A stretch of 64,000 nucleotides of DNA, from NCBI GenBank assembly GCA_965203175.1, contig OZ241867.1:3040001-3104000 (forward strand). Reading direction: 5' to 3'. The position numbers were made by a program, and so were the translations under genes. The notes beneath the pieces were generated by a model that did no database searches, was not told the origin of the DNA, and saw only the letters and a program-made list of their open reading frames with translations. This stretch comes from Candidatus Latescibacterota bacterium (GTDB taxonomy: Bacteria; Latescibacterota; UBA2968; UBA8231). Positions 10,018 through 20,266 of the stretch are shown piece by piece. Each line of letters opens with the position of its first letter. The first letter of the stretch is position 1.

Positions 10018-12672
10018 TCAATAGGCCAGCGATAGAGTCCCCGAACGCTCCGTAGAGACGTTGTCCAAGTCGATGGCGAGCCGGTAGAGATAAATACCCG
10101 GCGGCGCGACCTGCCCTTGGCTGTCGCGGCCATCCCACTCAACTTGGAGGTTGCCCGCTGTCGAACCGCCGGTCTGGATCTGGGCAATGCGACGGCCAGA
10201 CAGATCGTAGATTTCGAGTTGGACATCGACCTGATCGAGGACGAGAAAAAGGTCGAAGGAAAAAGTGACTTCGTCGTTGATGCCATCGCCGTTGGGGGTA
10301 AAAGGGTTGGGGGCGATATGAGGCGTCCTGACGATTTGGTTGATCTCGTCGGCAACTACGAGGAGCGCATTGGTGGCGATGTCGGGGGTGGCGTCGCCAT
10401 CCTCGGCTGGTTGCGGGATGGATTCGACATCTGGGTCGCCTTGGTCATTCCACACCGAACTGGTGAACTCTTCTGAGCCGCGGAAGAGCTTGGAGCGGAA
10501 GACGATCTCGATGCTCTGGTCGAATTGGAAATGCTCGGCACCCATCAGGGGCAGCTTAATGTGCAGTTTGGACGAGCCGGTGCGCGGGTTGGTGACTACG
10601 CTTTGGGCAAATTGTCCCAAGCTATCGGTGCGGCCTGCTGCTGGGGCAAGGCGGATGGGATGGACGTCGCTCAGGGGATCGGTGCCCGTGCCAGGGGCGA
10701 TTTCGGTCCAGTCTTGGCCGTCGAAGCGCAAGGTGTCGATGCGCGTGTCTGCGCTGGGCACGGCGATCTCGATCCGGTTGAAGGTGGTGGCCTCGCCTGT
10801 TTTGAAGAAGGGTCGGACAAAGTAGCGGAAAGCCGTCTCCTCACCCAAGGGGACGCGCGAGGGGAAAATCTCAGCGACGATCCCCCCTGAGACCAGCGGT
10901 GCGTCGTAGTCGAACTCGATGAAGTCCAACAGCGCTGTGCTGTGCTGGGCGGAGTCGAAGAAGATGCGGAACTGGATGTAGCGAGTGCCGCCGGGCAAGG
11001 GCAGTTGGACGCCGGTGTTTTGCCACTCGGATTCGGGCAAGCTCTCGTCGATGAGGGCGTCTTCGAGCTTGAAAGGTGCCGACCAGAAGCTCCAGCCTAG
11101 GAGGCCGTCGTCGCCTAGGTCAACACCAAGCTCGTTGTATTGCAGTTCGCGCTCGGGGATGCGGCCTTCGGGAATCTTGATCCAGGAAAACAGATCGAGA
11201 AGATTGCCGTTTTCGTCTTGGGTATCCGAAAGGCCTGGTCCCAAGCGGCGGGCGTAGATGTGGGTGTCAAGGGTGTTGCCAACGCGGAATTGGATGCGGA
11301 TGTCGCCGTCGCGGCCGTCGCGGTTTCCGCGCCAGCGCACCTTGCCCCAGTTGACTTGATCGCCGTCAACATCGAGGGGGAACTGGCTTTCATAGGCATC
11401 GCGCTGCGAGCCGGCGAATTGCTCGATCTCGCGGTCGTAGCGCCGGATGCGCGGGGTGGATGTGCCTACGTCGATGATGGCCGAGATATACTGTCCGTCG
11501 ATGGCGTAGCCGTCGCCGAAGTAGCCCGCTTCGGCGGTTTCGACATAGGTGCCCTTGGGATCCGTCGAGACTACGTCGACGCGGCCGGCGACAAAGGGGT
11601 TGACGAATCGGAAATCCTTGACTACCGGATTGAACTGGCCGTTGGTGACGGGAACTAGTGTTCTACTCGCTTGGATGGTTTCGGAGCGGCTGCTGATCGT
11701 GGTCTGGTTGCCGTAGCGGATGTAGTAGTTGGCAATGGTGCTGGCGGGCAAGGTCGGCCGCGGGCGAAAGACAATGCGGTTGAGATAGTAGTAGCCCATC
11801 AAGTTGATGCCAACGCCGCCGCGGTTGTAAATGGCGGAGCCGTATCCTGTGCTAAGGTTGCCATCGACGATCAGTTCTGCGTCGACTCGACCGATTACTT
11901 GGGCAGTCGCCCAGTGATCGGCCGAGATGGGATCGGCGATCTCGCGGCGGAAGCCGTATTCACTCGGCACCACCATAAAGGGACGCTGGGGATCCTTGCC
12001 GGGAATGATGCCGCCAAACTCGCCGGCCTTGAAGCGCTGGTTGAGCAAGTAGGCGAGGTTGCGCAGGCTGTCCAGACGCACCGGCCGCAGCCAAGTGGTC
12101 ACCCCTTGGCCGTGCTCGGGCAGCGAGGGATCTTCGTCGATGAGTCCATCGCCGTCGTCGTCGATTCCGTTGATGGGATCCTCGTTGAGTTGGCCATCCC
12201 AATCGTCGTCAAAGAGCGTGTACAACCCGTCCTCGTTGAGTTGACCATCGCCGTCATTATCGAATTGAGGATCCGGTCCGTCCTCGTTGATGAGTCCATC
12301 GAGATCGTTGTCGATCAGTTCAAGTGGGTCTTCGTCGATGAGTCCGTCGCCGTCGTCGTCGATTCCGTTGGCTGGGTCTTCGTTGAGTTGGCCGTCGTCG
12401 TCGTTGTCCACTTGCTCGTCGGCTGGGTCTTCGTTGATCAGCGCGTCGTCGTCGTTGTCGACTAACTCGACGGGGTCTTCGTCGATGAGTCCATCGCCAT
12501 CGTCGTCGGCGATCAACTCAACAGCCCAACTGCGACCCAAGTCGAGGCGCCCGGTGACCGGCCGCAGGATCCAAGGATGCACATCGTCGCCGACTCGCCA
12601 CCGCTTGATTTCGGCAGAGCCGTTGCTGGACACAAACGCCACGCCGAGTACCGCTACCAACAACCTGATCAT
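10018..12672 (-). CDS. Secreted protein with Asp-rich Ca-binding repeats, discoidin-like domain and C-terminal FlgD-Ig/CHU_C-like domain (family member 1)
   Basis: GGAGG RBS, signal peptide, 8 DxDxDGxxxED repeats, WSFWSAP, RYIQF, AEIFP, PNPFTPNGDGIND, IYDLSGR, WDGRD, PGIYLY, ends LSLAY. Confidence 0.75.
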   Translation of the reverse strand: MIRLLVAVLGVAFVSSNGSAEIKRWRVGDDVHPWILRPVTGRLDLGRSWAVELIADDDGDGLIDEDPVELVDNDDDALINEDPADEQVDNDDDGQLNEDPANGIDDDGDGLIDEDPLELIDNDLDGLINEDGPDPQFDNDGDGQLNEDGLYTLFDDDWDGQLNEDPINGIDDDGDGLIDEDPSLPEHGQGVTTWLRPVRLDSLRNLAYLLNQRFKAGEFGGIIPGKDPQRPFMVVPSEYGFRREIADPISADHWATAQVIGRVDAELIVDGNLSTGYGSAIYNRGGVGINLMGYYYLNRIVFRPRPTLPASTIANYYIRYGNQTTISSRSETIQASRTLVPVTNGQFNPVVKDFRFVNPFVAGRVDVVSTDPKGTYVETAEAGYFGDGYAIDGQYISAIIDVGTSTPRIRRYDREIEQFAGSQRDAYESQFPLDVDGDQVNWGKVRWRGNRDGRDGDIRIQFRVGNTLDTHIYARRLGPGLSDTQDENGNLLDLFSWIKIPEGRIPERELQYNELGVDLGDDGLLGWSFWSAPFKLEDALIDESLPESEWQNTGVQLPLPGGTRYIQFRIFFDSAQHSTALLDFIEFDYDAPLVSGGIVAEIFPSRVPLGEETAFRYFVRPFFKTGEATTFNRIEIAVPSADTRIDTLRFDGQDWTEIAPGTGTDPLSDVHPIRLAPAAGRTDSLGQFAQSVVTNPRTGSSKLHIKLPLMGAEHFQFDQSIEIVFRSKLFRGSEEFTSSVWNDQGDPDVESIPQPAEDGDATPDIATNALLVVADEINQIVRTPHIAPNPFTPNGDGINDEVTFSFDLFLVLDQVDVQLEIYDLSGRRIAQIQTGGSTAGNLQVEWDGRDSQGQVAPPGIYLYRLAIDLDNVSTERSGTLSLAY
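12128..12510 (-). repeat. Intragenic tandem Asp-rich repeats (8 units of 16-17 aa, consensus D[DN]DxDG[LQ][IL][DN]ED[PG])
   Basis: Read directly from the translation and from recurring DNA such as tcttcgtcgatgagtcc and cgttgagttg. Confidence 0.9.
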
Positions 12673-13055
12673 CGAATACCTCCGCGCAAGAACGTAAGCC
12701 CTTGACTGTCTGCGACGAACATGACGAACATAACAAAGACGCCGGCGGCAGTTGCGCGCTCCATCTCAGTCCACATCTGCCGGGCCAATCTCGTATTTTA
12801 GACGTTTTGTTACCCTAATTATTTTGTTACCTATTATATAGTACAGTGGTGAACAACTCAAGATAGTCAGATCAGGCCGACAGGCACGAAAAAGAGGGAT
12901 CTTTGTCGTCAATCGCTTATGTAATCAGTGGAGGCGAGGCGCAGATCAAGGAACTCGCAGCAATTTACACGAGGATTGAGCACACCTAACTTATTGTTAT
13001 TCATTGATTTTATTAGTTATGAGCCCATTGTTTCTACGGCTGTCTCTAATATATC

Positions 13056-13084
13056 TTGACACGTCTTAGGCTATTGATTATCAT
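13056..13084 (+). promoter_or_regulatory. Sigma70-type promoter for the 13.1-21.6 kb operon
   Basis: TTGACA (13056-13061), 17 bp spacer, TATCAT (13079-13084), within an AT-rich divergent intergenic region. The ORF-track TTG start coincides with this -35 box. Confidence 0.7.
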
Positions 13085-13097
13085 ACTGCCCTATATA

Positions 13098-14078
13098 TTG
13101 AAAGATATCAAAAAACAGATAAGAAGGCGTCGGCTGAGTTACTGGTCGCGTTTGTTGTTTTTAGGGCTGGCGCTACAGACAACAGTAGGCTTAGCTAAAC
13201 CGGCTCTAGGTCACTATCCCGAAGGAACGGCCTACAGAGCCTTTCAATTTCCCGATCACTTGGTCCCCGCTATTGACGGAGATCTGACAGATTGGGAAGT
13301 TGTAGGCGACTCCTACGCCATATTAACGGGTCAGTTTCACGACCTGATTAGTCCAGAAGTTGAGGCGAGCGATTCGGACGACTTTGCTGCTCGTCTCATG
13401 GTAGGGTGGAATAAAGCGGAAAATAGACTCTACGTCGCCGCTCAGGTTCGCGATGATATGCATCAGATTGATCGTCCCGCCGGTAGTGCTGCGGTGCTTT
13501 GGGAAGACGACGCAATGGAATTATTTATCGACGCGGACCACTCGGGTGGACAATTCGCCAATTTCACCGAGTTGAGCCACGAAGAGCGGATACGGCGCAA
13601 CGGAGCTGAAGCCAACCACTTCGTTTTGGCTGGTCCGCCGCCCGACGAGGATTTTTTTGTCAATTTTTCTGCCGCCGCTTGGTACGCACTACCCGACGGT
13701 CCGTATACTAGAGCGGCGATTGAGTTTGTAGGTGTTTTGGGAGGAAAGGGAGTGACGAATTACGAGGTCATGCTCGTACCCTTTGATCGCATCGATGTTA
13801 ATGCGGTCTTTCAAAGCGAAGAGCATCTCTTGCAGGAAAATGAAATCCTTGGTTTTAACGTAGAGTTTAACGATTTTGATGTGCATTCAGAGCTTTTTGA
13901 TGCAAAGTGGTCGCTTTCGGGCCAACACAACTCGTATCGTTTTTCTGATCGCTTCACCGACTTGATCTTGATGCCGCTAGAGGGTACTTTTCAAGCGACG
14001 GTTGTGGAGCTGAGGTCTTGGGGGCGTTTGAAAGCTTCTTTGTTCACAGAGCTGTATCAACGAGGAGTTTCTGAATGA
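13098..14078 (+). CDS. Secreted CBM9/DOMON-like protein with C-terminal SWGRLK tail (start uncertain, 13098-13155)
   Basis: PAIDGDLTDW, NRLYVAAQVRDD, WEDDAMELFIDADHSGG, GFNVEFNDFD; tail TVVELRSWGRLKA. Paralog of 41664..42554. Confidence 0.65.
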   Translation: MKDIKKQIRRRRLSYWSRLLFLGLALQTTVGLAKPALGHYPEGTAYRAFQFPDHLVPAIDGDLTDWEVVGDSYAILTGQFHDLISPEVEASDSDDFAARLMVGWNKAENRLYVAAQVRDDMHQIDRPAGSAAVLWEDDAMELFIDADHSGGQFANFTELSHEERIRRNGAEANHFVLAGPPPDEDFFVNFSAAAWYALPDGPYTRAAIEFVGVLGGKGVTNYEVMLVPFDRIDVNAVFQSEEHLLQENEILGFNVEFNDFDVHSELFDAKWSLSGQHNSYRFSDRFTDLILMPLEGTFQATVVELRSWGRLKASLFTELYQRGVSE

Positions 14079-14821
14079 TGAGTTTCACACGAGTATTATC
14101 TTTGGTTTTGATCGTCGGTTCGGGTGTGCTAGGTTGTGGATATAGCTATTACACGGGCCCATTGCAGCCTGGCCAAGATCAGGCCTCATCTATTAGTGTG
14201 GCAGATGACGGGACCTTGACTTTTGCCCAGGATCGCTTTGAAGTGCGACTCAAGCCGATGACTGACGAGGAGTTGAATCGCCAGTTTTTCAACAATTCCC
14301 AAGCAGGTCCTAAGTCCACAAACCCCTATACCTTTGGCAACACGGTATTTTGGGGGACGGACGAAGAAAAACAGCGATTCACCGTCTTCCGTCTCGGCGT
14401 TAAGAATTACGCCTATCCCAAAGTCAAAATCGATCCGAGCAAAATCGTCGTTAAAGCGAGCAATAAGCGCGAGTATTGGAGCCTCAACTTTGAGCAACTC
14501 GACACGTATTATCGCGCCTATGCCATAGGATATAGGGGCAACGAATATGCGCGCTATCAGGAACGCCGTGACTTGCTGCGGCGAACGATGCTCAAAGACG
14601 AGGAGATCTTCAGCGGCCAAGAGGCGGAGGGCTTCGTCATTTTTCCCGTGCTTCACCCCGACGTGAGTGATATTGAGGTCCAAGTACTCGATGTAATCCT
14701 GCGATTTGACTTTCGCAACGAGCCGGTGGAGACCACCAATATTTCCTATAAATTCGTCCGAGATATCGGCAAGATTTACAAGGACGGCACGATTGTTCCT
14801 AGAGTCGCTAAGGCAAACTAG
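14075..14821 (+). CDS. Lipoprotein of unknown function
   Basis: Lipobox VLGC, GGAG RBS, ATGA overlap with the upstream gene. Confidence 0.75.
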   Translation: MMSFTRVLSLVLIVGSGVLGCGYSYYTGPLQPGQDQASSISVADDGTLTFAQDRFEVRLKPMTDEELNRQFFNNSQAGPKSTNPYTFGNTVFWGTDEEKQRFTVFRLGVKNYAYPKVKIDPSKIVVKASNKREYWSLNFEQLDTYYRAYAIGYRGNEYARYQERRDLLRRTMLKDEEIFSGQEAEGFVIFPVLHPDVSDIEVQVLDVILRFDFRNEPVETTNISYKFVRDIGKIYKDGTIVPRVAKAN

Positions 14822-14856
14822 CCTTTAAGCGAGACCACCAAGGAGGAGTTGGCATT

Positions 14857-15792
14857 ATGAAATCTCTGAGAATGCTTAGCGTTTTAGTTGGCTTGCTGCT
14901 CATCGTCCAATCAAGCGAGGGTGTTGTCAACATTCAGAATGTGGGTTCGGGCGCTCGTGCGCAGGGGTTGGGCAACAGCTTTGTGGCGGTGGCCGACAAT
15001 GCGGATGCGGTGTTTGCCAATCCGGCGGGGTTGGGTCAGGTGTCTCAGCGTCAGGCGTCGTATACGAATGTGTCGCTTTTGTATGCGGGCATTGAAGGCG
15101 ACGACTTGGGTCAGCACGTGGTGTCCTATGCGCAGCCATTGGGCGACAAGATGGGCTTGGGGTTGGGCTATGAGCGGATTGGTTCGTCTTTAATGAGCGA
15201 GAATGGGGCGTTTGTGTCGCTGTCGTATCAGGTGGAGCGTCGGCTGCAGGTGGGCTTGTCGGCCAAGTATTTATTTTGGAGTGTGGGGGCCATTCCCGAC
15301 GATGATGGTCGGGCGGATCCGTTGTCGAACCAGAGTGCGGGCAACGTCGGCTTGGATTTGGGCTTGTTGTGGCAGAGTCCGGTACAAGGGGCGCAGGTGG
15401 GGGTGTTGTTGAAGAATATCAATCAGCCGAATGTGGCCTTTGGCGAGGTTGCTGGGGATGCGGATGCGGGTGCGTTGCCGATGGATGTGCATGTGGGGGT
15501 TGGGTATCGTCTGAGCAGTCAGTCGTTGCTCTCGATTCAGTATGTGCGTCGCGACTTGACCGGGGAGGGATCGGATGACGGGTTGGTCGTTGGTGGGGAG
15601 ACGCAGTTGGTGGAGGGGTTGTTGTTGCGGGCGGGGGGGCGTCGTTTGTTGTCGGAGGATGCGGGTGGGGGGTTGAATGCGGGTTTGGGCTATCAGTGGA
15701 ACCAGTTGGTGTTCGACTATGCGTATGACATTGGTTTGGATTTGACCGAAACCAATGGCGCCCACCGGTTCTCCTTCGCATACGAATTCTAA
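14857..15792 (+). CDS. PorV/PorP(SprF)/FadL-like outer-membrane beta-barrel
   Basis: GARAQGLGNSFVAVADNADAVFANPAGL matches the PorV/FadL N-terminal motif; amphipathic strands; C-terminal HRFSFAYEF beta-signal; AGGAGG RBS. Confidence 0.8.
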   Translation: MKSLRMLSVLVGLLLIVQSSEGVVNIQNVGSGARAQGLGNSFVAVADNADAVFANPAGLGQVSQRQASYTNVSLLYAGIEGDDLGQHVVSYAQPLGDKMGLGLGYERIGSSLMSENGAFVSLSYQVERRLQVGLSAKYLFWSVGAIPDDDGRADPLSNQSAGNVGLDLGLLWQSPVQGAQVGVLLKNINQPNVAFGEVAGDADAGALPMDVHVGVGYRLSSQSLLSIQYVRRDLTGEGSDDGLVVGGETQLVEGLLLRAGGRRLLSEDAGGGLNAGLGYQWNQLVFDYAYDIGLDLTETNGAHRFSFAYEF

Positions 15793-15849
15793 TACCAAAA
15801 AAGCCCCCGATGAACTCCAAACTAAGAACCTAGACAAGGAGATGCACAA

Positions 15850-18800
15850 ATGACGGTCTGGGCTGGACTTATCGCGCTGGGATTGGGGCTAGGAGCTAGC
15901 CTTTTCCTACCGGTGCCGCAAAATCTGAAAACCAATTTTGACGCCGGACAATCTCTCTACGCCCTCGGCGAGTTTGAAGGGGCGATCATCGAGTATTCAA
16001 AGATCGTCAAATTCAGTAGCAAGGCCGTGCGCACCGATAGTGTACGGGTGACGTTTGGCAACGACCTAGAATTGCCCGTAGTCGCGGCGGCTTGGTACCA
16101 GCTAGGCAATGCCTACAAAAAGAGCGGGCAACACGAAAAAGCGGTGGAAGCCTATCGCCAAGTTATCGACGCAGGGAATGTGACCGAGGATTTTAGGTCG
16201 TTGGTGCAGTTTCAAGTCGCCGAGACCCGGTTCTTCGCCAAAGAGTTCAGCGAGGCAGCAAAGGAATACAAGCGCTATGTCGAGCTATTCCCCGAGACGA
16301 GGGAAGCCGGCAAGGCGTATTTTTACGCGGGCTGGAGCGAGTTTAACACAAAAGAGTACGACCAGTCCATCGAAACGCTCAACGGCATGCTAGCGGCTTA
16401 TCCTCAAGATCGCTATGCGCCGGATTCCCAGTTCCGGATCGCCAGTGCACTTTATGAGAAGGGTGAGTACGGCGCAGCCGTCGATATGACCCAGATAGTC
16501 CTCGACAAATACCCCAATAGTCCGGTCATTGCCCAAGCCCTCTATCTGAAGGCCAATGCCTATGACCAGATGGGGCGAGACGCAGAGGCAATTAAATCCT
16601 ACCGCGATGTGCGCGACCTCTACGACCGGATGTTTGAACTCTTGCGCGGTTCGTTTCGCGAGGGTAAGAATGTCGACTTTGAAAACTATCGACAGCTCTT
16701 TGAGACCTCCTCGTTGCGCGTCGCTGAGATTTTCCGCAAAACAGACAAGTTTGAGGAAGCCTACAGAGAATTGATCGCCGCTCAAGAAACTGCCGAGGAG
16801 CGCTTTTACAAGGCCAAGGTGCAGATGAGAATCGGCGACAACTACATGGAGTGGGATAAGTTCGACCAGGCATGGACTGCTTACAACCAAGTGATTGAAC
16901 TCTACGGAGATACGCCCTATCCATCTAACGCTCAATATCAGAAAGGCGAAGCTAAATACTTTGCCGGAGACTACGACGCTGCCCGTGAAGACTATTTACA
17001 ACTATTGGAGGACTATCCAGATAGCGAGACGGGTTTGCGCTCCGCAGCGCTCTACAGCGCAGGCTGGTCTGCAGAGAAACTCGGCGCGGCGGACCAGGCT
17101 ATTGTGAGCTACACGCAGGCAGTGGACAACTTCCCTCGCTCTGACCAAGCGCCGCTGTGCTTGTTGCGCATCGCTCGGCTCAACTACGAGCAGCAGAAAG
17201 TCCAAGAGGCCATTGAAGCCTACAAGGCCATAACGGAGAGCTATCAGGATACGCGGCATACGGCCGATGCTTACTATGGCCTTGGTATTCTCTACCGGGA
17301 CGAAGGGCGGAAGGATGAGGCCATCGCTGCTTTTTCTAAGGTTGACCGCGATGCCCGCGAGACGTATATCGCTGCGCTGATTGAGGCAGCCAATCTCTAT
17401 ATTTCTCAAGATCGCATCGCCGAGGGGCGTGCGTTGCTCAATCAATTGCTGGAAGGCGTGACCGGCGACCGCGATTTGGAGGCTAGGGCCCATTTCCAGA
17501 TGGCCCAACTCGACCTCAACAATAAAAACTACGTCGACGCAGTCGAGCGCTACACCATGGTGCTTGAAGAGTACCCAGAAAGCGATGTCATTCGCGACAC
17601 CCGCTACGGCCGTGCATTGGCCTACCACTATTCGGGCCGTTACGACCGTGCGCTAGTCGATTACAAGTGGCTGTTGGACACCAAGATTCCCAAGGCGATG
17701 CAGCTAAAGGTCTCGTTCTCGATGGCACTCTCGTACTCGGCGGAAGGCAATGACGACGAGGCGGAGAAGCTGCTGAATGAGGTCATTGCTTCAGGAGACG
17801 AGAGCTTAGTGCGTTCGGCGCGACTGCAGTTGATCTCAATGGCCGAAAAGAAGGGCAATCCAGAGGAAGCGGTGCGCATCTACGAGGAGATGTTGGCTAC
17901 CACTACCTCTAGCGAGGACCGGGAGCGCTTGCTCATTCGCTTGGCCAATGCCTACTTCAAACTAGATAAGTTCCAGCAGAGTATTGAAGCGGCTCAGGAG
18001 CTAATCGACTTGGCCGTCAATGTCGAGAGCATTGCCAATGCGCTTTTCGTCCAAGGCAACTGTTTCTATAGGTCGGAGCAGTTCGTCCAAGCGATTGCCA
18101 CGTATAACACCATTATCGAAAACTATCCGCAGATTGCTTGGGCCAAAAATGCCCAGTTCCAGATCGGCGTAGCTTATAACAGACTATCGGCTAACGGCAA
18201 TGTCGAAGTGCTACCAGCGATGTCAAAGGCGTTTAATACCTATTACACCCAATATCCCGATGACGACCGCGCTGTGCATGCCTATTACTACGATGCTTGG
18301 GCGCATTATCGAATGGGTAAATGGCGTACTGCCAGCGATGTTTTTGCTGGCCTAGCGGATCAGTATCCGCAGTCCCGCTATGCATCTGAAGCGCTTTTTC
18401 GCGCTGGCGATGCCCTGTTTAATATGACCAACGTGAGCGGCTTGGAGGAAAAAAACCGGAATTTCCTAGATGCCATGGTCTTCTATGACCGAATCATTAA
18501 GCGCTATCCTAAGTCGAGCTACGTGGACGATGCGCTTTACAACAAGGCTTGGTGTCTGATCAACCTCGACCGCCAGGAAGAAGCGGTGCCGGTCTTTGAG
18601 CGAATCGTCGCTCAATATCCCAATGGTACTTATGGGGCACGTAGCCAGTTTACGCTCGGAGACTACTATTACGGCCTCAAGGACTACGAGAAGGCCACCG
18701 AGAGCTACCGGGCTTTCTTGGAGCGTTTTCCCGCTGATAAGCTAATTGCCCAAGATCGAGCACTGCCGAAAAAGGCAAGGACTCTGCTCGGACATTTGGC

Positions 18801-19095
18801 TGAGATCGATGCCTACAATATTTATGCAATGGGCGAAAAGCTCTTAGCCGAGAAGAATTACGACGAGGCAATGGCGATCTTTAAGGAAGTGCAGCAGAAG
18901 TACCCCAAGAGCGACCAGGCTGTCAATTCGTTGGTCAACATCGGTGCCGCCCACATGGCCCAAGAGGAATTCCGCCAAGCCGGTGCCGTCTTTCAGGAGG
19001 TCGTCGACAACTATGGCGACAACCCCAAGTACAGGACGCAGGTAGACTATGCCAGAGAGCAGCTACAGGTAATGCAGGAAGCTCGCGTCCTATAA
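15850..19095 (+). CDS. Large membrane-anchored TPR protein (BamD/CpoB-like repeats), 1081 aa
   Basis: N-terminal hydrophobic helix followed by more than 20 TPR-type units with YPxS/A turns (KYPNSP, DYPDSE, QYPQSR); AAGGAG RBS. Confidence 0.85.
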   Translation: MTVWAGLIALGLGLGASLFLPVPQNLKTNFDAGQSLYALGEFEGAIIEYSKIVKFSSKAVRTDSVRVTFGNDLELPVVAAAWYQLGNAYKKSGQHEKAVEAYRQVIDAGNVTEDFRSLVQFQVAETRFFAKEFSEAAKEYKRYVELFPETREAGKAYFYAGWSEFNTKEYDQSIETLNGMLAAYPQDRYAPDSQFRIASALYEKGEYGAAVDMTQIVLDKYPNSPVIAQALYLKANAYDQMGRDAEAIKSYRDVRDLYDRMFELLRGSFREGKNVDFENYRQLFETSSLRVAEIFRKTDKFEEAYRELIAAQETAEERFYKAKVQMRIGDNYMEWDKFDQAWTAYNQVIELYGDTPYPSNAQYQKGEAKYFAGDYDAAREDYLQLLEDYPDSETGLRSAALYSAGWSAEKLGAADQAIVSYTQAVDNFPRSDQAPLCLLRIARLNYEQQKVQEAIEAYKAITESYQDTRHTADAYYGLGILYRDEGRKDEAIAAFSKVDRDARETYIAALIEAANLYISQDRIAEGRALLNQLLEGVTGDRDLEARAHFQMAQLDLNNKNYVDAVERYTMVLEEYPESDVIRDTRYGRALAYHYSGRYDRALVDYKWLLDTKIPKAMQLKVSFSMALSYSAEGNDDEAEKLLNEVIASGDESLVRSARLQLISMAEKKGNPEEAVRIYEEMLATTTSSEDRERLLIRLANAYFKLDKFQQSIEAAQELIDLAVNVESIANALFVQGNCFYRSEQFVQAIATYNTIIENYPQIAWAKNAQFQIGVAYNRLSANGNVEVLPAMSKAFNTYYTQYPDDDRAVHAYYYDAWAHYRMGKWRTASDVFAGLADQYPQSRYASEALFRAGDALFNMTNVSGLEEKNRNFLDAMVFYDRIIKRYPKSSYVDDALYNKAWCLINLDRQEEAVPVFERIVAQYPNGTYGARSQFTLGDYYYGLKDYEKATESYRAFLERFPADKLIAQDRALPKKARTLLGHLAEIDAYNIYAMGEKLLAEKNYDEAMAIFKEVQQKYPKSDQAVNSLVNIGAAHMAQEEFRQAGAVFQEVVDNYGDNPKYRTQVDYAREQLQVMQEARVL

Positions 19096-19138
19096 CCCTG
19101 ATTTCTTTGCGTCCTAACTTTAAGGAGGGAGAAAGAAA

Positions 19139-19792
19139 ATGATTGAACTTTTTCGAGAAGGCGGACCTTTCATGTATCCTTTGATGCTCTGGTCTATGCT
19201 GTCTATTGCGTTCTTTCTCGAGCGCATCTGGACGTATGCACGGCTGCGCTCTGAGGATCAATTGGCCGAAATCACCAACGATATCAACTCGCGTATCGAC
19301 TCGGGTGCTTCCCTTGACCAACTCAGAGAGTACTGCGCCGAGGTTGGCAAGCTCGAAGGCGAGGTGTACGGCGAGGGGATCGAGCGCTTTGAGCACTTAT
19401 CGCGCGAGCAACGCACGATGGAGGAGATGCGCGAGGAAATGAACGGCACGGTTGAACGCGCCGCCTTGGGGTATCTCGAACGGTATCTGGCCGTTATCGA
19501 CTTCGTGTCCAAATCCGTGGTGTTGCTCGGTCTACTAGGCACGGTCAACGGTATGATCAACGCTTTTGAAGGTATTGCGGAAAAGGGTCTCGGTGAGCCG
19601 ACGATCGTCGCCGCAGGTATTTCCGAAGCACTGATCACTACAGTTACAGGTCTGGTGATCGCCGTGCCTTCAATCGCCATCTTCACGTACTTTAGCAACC
19701 GCGCCACGGGCAAGTCCGTTGAGTTTGAAGCATATGGCCACGGTTTCGTCGACGCCCTATTGCGCCGTTGGCAAGGCACCCAAGCTGCCTAA
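19139..19792 (+). CDS. exbB: MotA/TolQ/ExbB proton channel protein
   Basis: GGPFMYPL, LLGLLGTVNGMINAF and GISEALITTVTGL signature helices. Confidence 0.92.
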   Translation: MIELFREGGPFMYPLMLWSMLSIAFFLERIWTYARLRSEDQLAEITNDINSRIDSGASLDQLREYCAEVGKLEGEVYGEGIERFEHLSREQRTMEEMREEMNGTVERAALGYLERYLAVIDFVSKSVVLLGLLGTVNGMINAFEGIAEKGLGEPTIVAAGISEALITTVTGLVIAVPSIAIFTYFSNRATGKSVEFEAYGHGFVDALLRRWQGTQAA

Positions 19793-19821
19793 GGGCGGCC
19801 TTTTTAGGAGGCATGAAATAG

Positions 19822-20229
19822 ATGGCTGAGAGAGTAGAAAAAAAAGAACTGAACATGCCCGATCTGACGCCGATGATCGATGTGGTCTTTCAGCTACTCA
19901 TCTTCTTCATGGTGACTGCTGTGTTCGCCATTACTCCGGGTTTGGACATCAAATTGCCCGAGGCCGAAGAGGCTCAGGCTCCGGAGAAGGAAAACCTCTT
20001 TATCGTTGTGGATCAGGACGGCAACATGAAGCTGAACCACAAGTCGGTGACCTTTGCGACCCTCAAAGAGGAATTGCAGGCGAAGAGACAGCTACTAGAC
20101 AACACCACGATGATTATCATCCAAGGAGATGAGCGCTCCACGCACGGACAAATCGTCCAGATCATGGACATCGCTCGCCAAGTGGGTGTCATTGATCAGG
20201 TCATCGCCACGGAACCGCAGCGCAACTAA
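19822..20229 (+). CDS. exbD: ExbD/TolR family protein
   Basis: DLTPMIDVVFQLLIFFMV with the conserved TM Asp; IIQGD...HGQIVQIMD. Confidence 0.93.
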   Translation: MAERVEKKELNMPDLTPMIDVVFQLLIFFMVTAVFAITPGLDIKLPEAEEAQAPEKENLFIVVDQDGNMKLNHKSVTFATLKEELQAKRQLLDNTTMIIIQGDERSTHGQIVQIMDIARQVGVIDQVIATEPQRN

Positions 20230-20266
20230 GTGAGGGTTCTAGGCCCTTCCAAGAGGGGGAAGAACT

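Noticed and set aside
12128-12510. Periodic ~48-51 bp DNA repeats as a CRISPR array
   Set aside because: The repeats are degenerate, in frame within a CDS, lack unique spacers, and no cas genes are present.
10018-12672. Flagellar hook-cap FlgD or a flagellar/motility locus
   Set aside because: Only the Ig-like C-terminal domain resembles FlgD; the proteins have Sec signals, no flagellar genes are present, and the motor pair is ExbB/ExbD-like rather than MotA/MotB.
13056-13097. ORF-track start at TTG 13056
   Set aside because: It coincides with the TTGACA -35 box of a well-spaced promoter, so the real start must be downstream.
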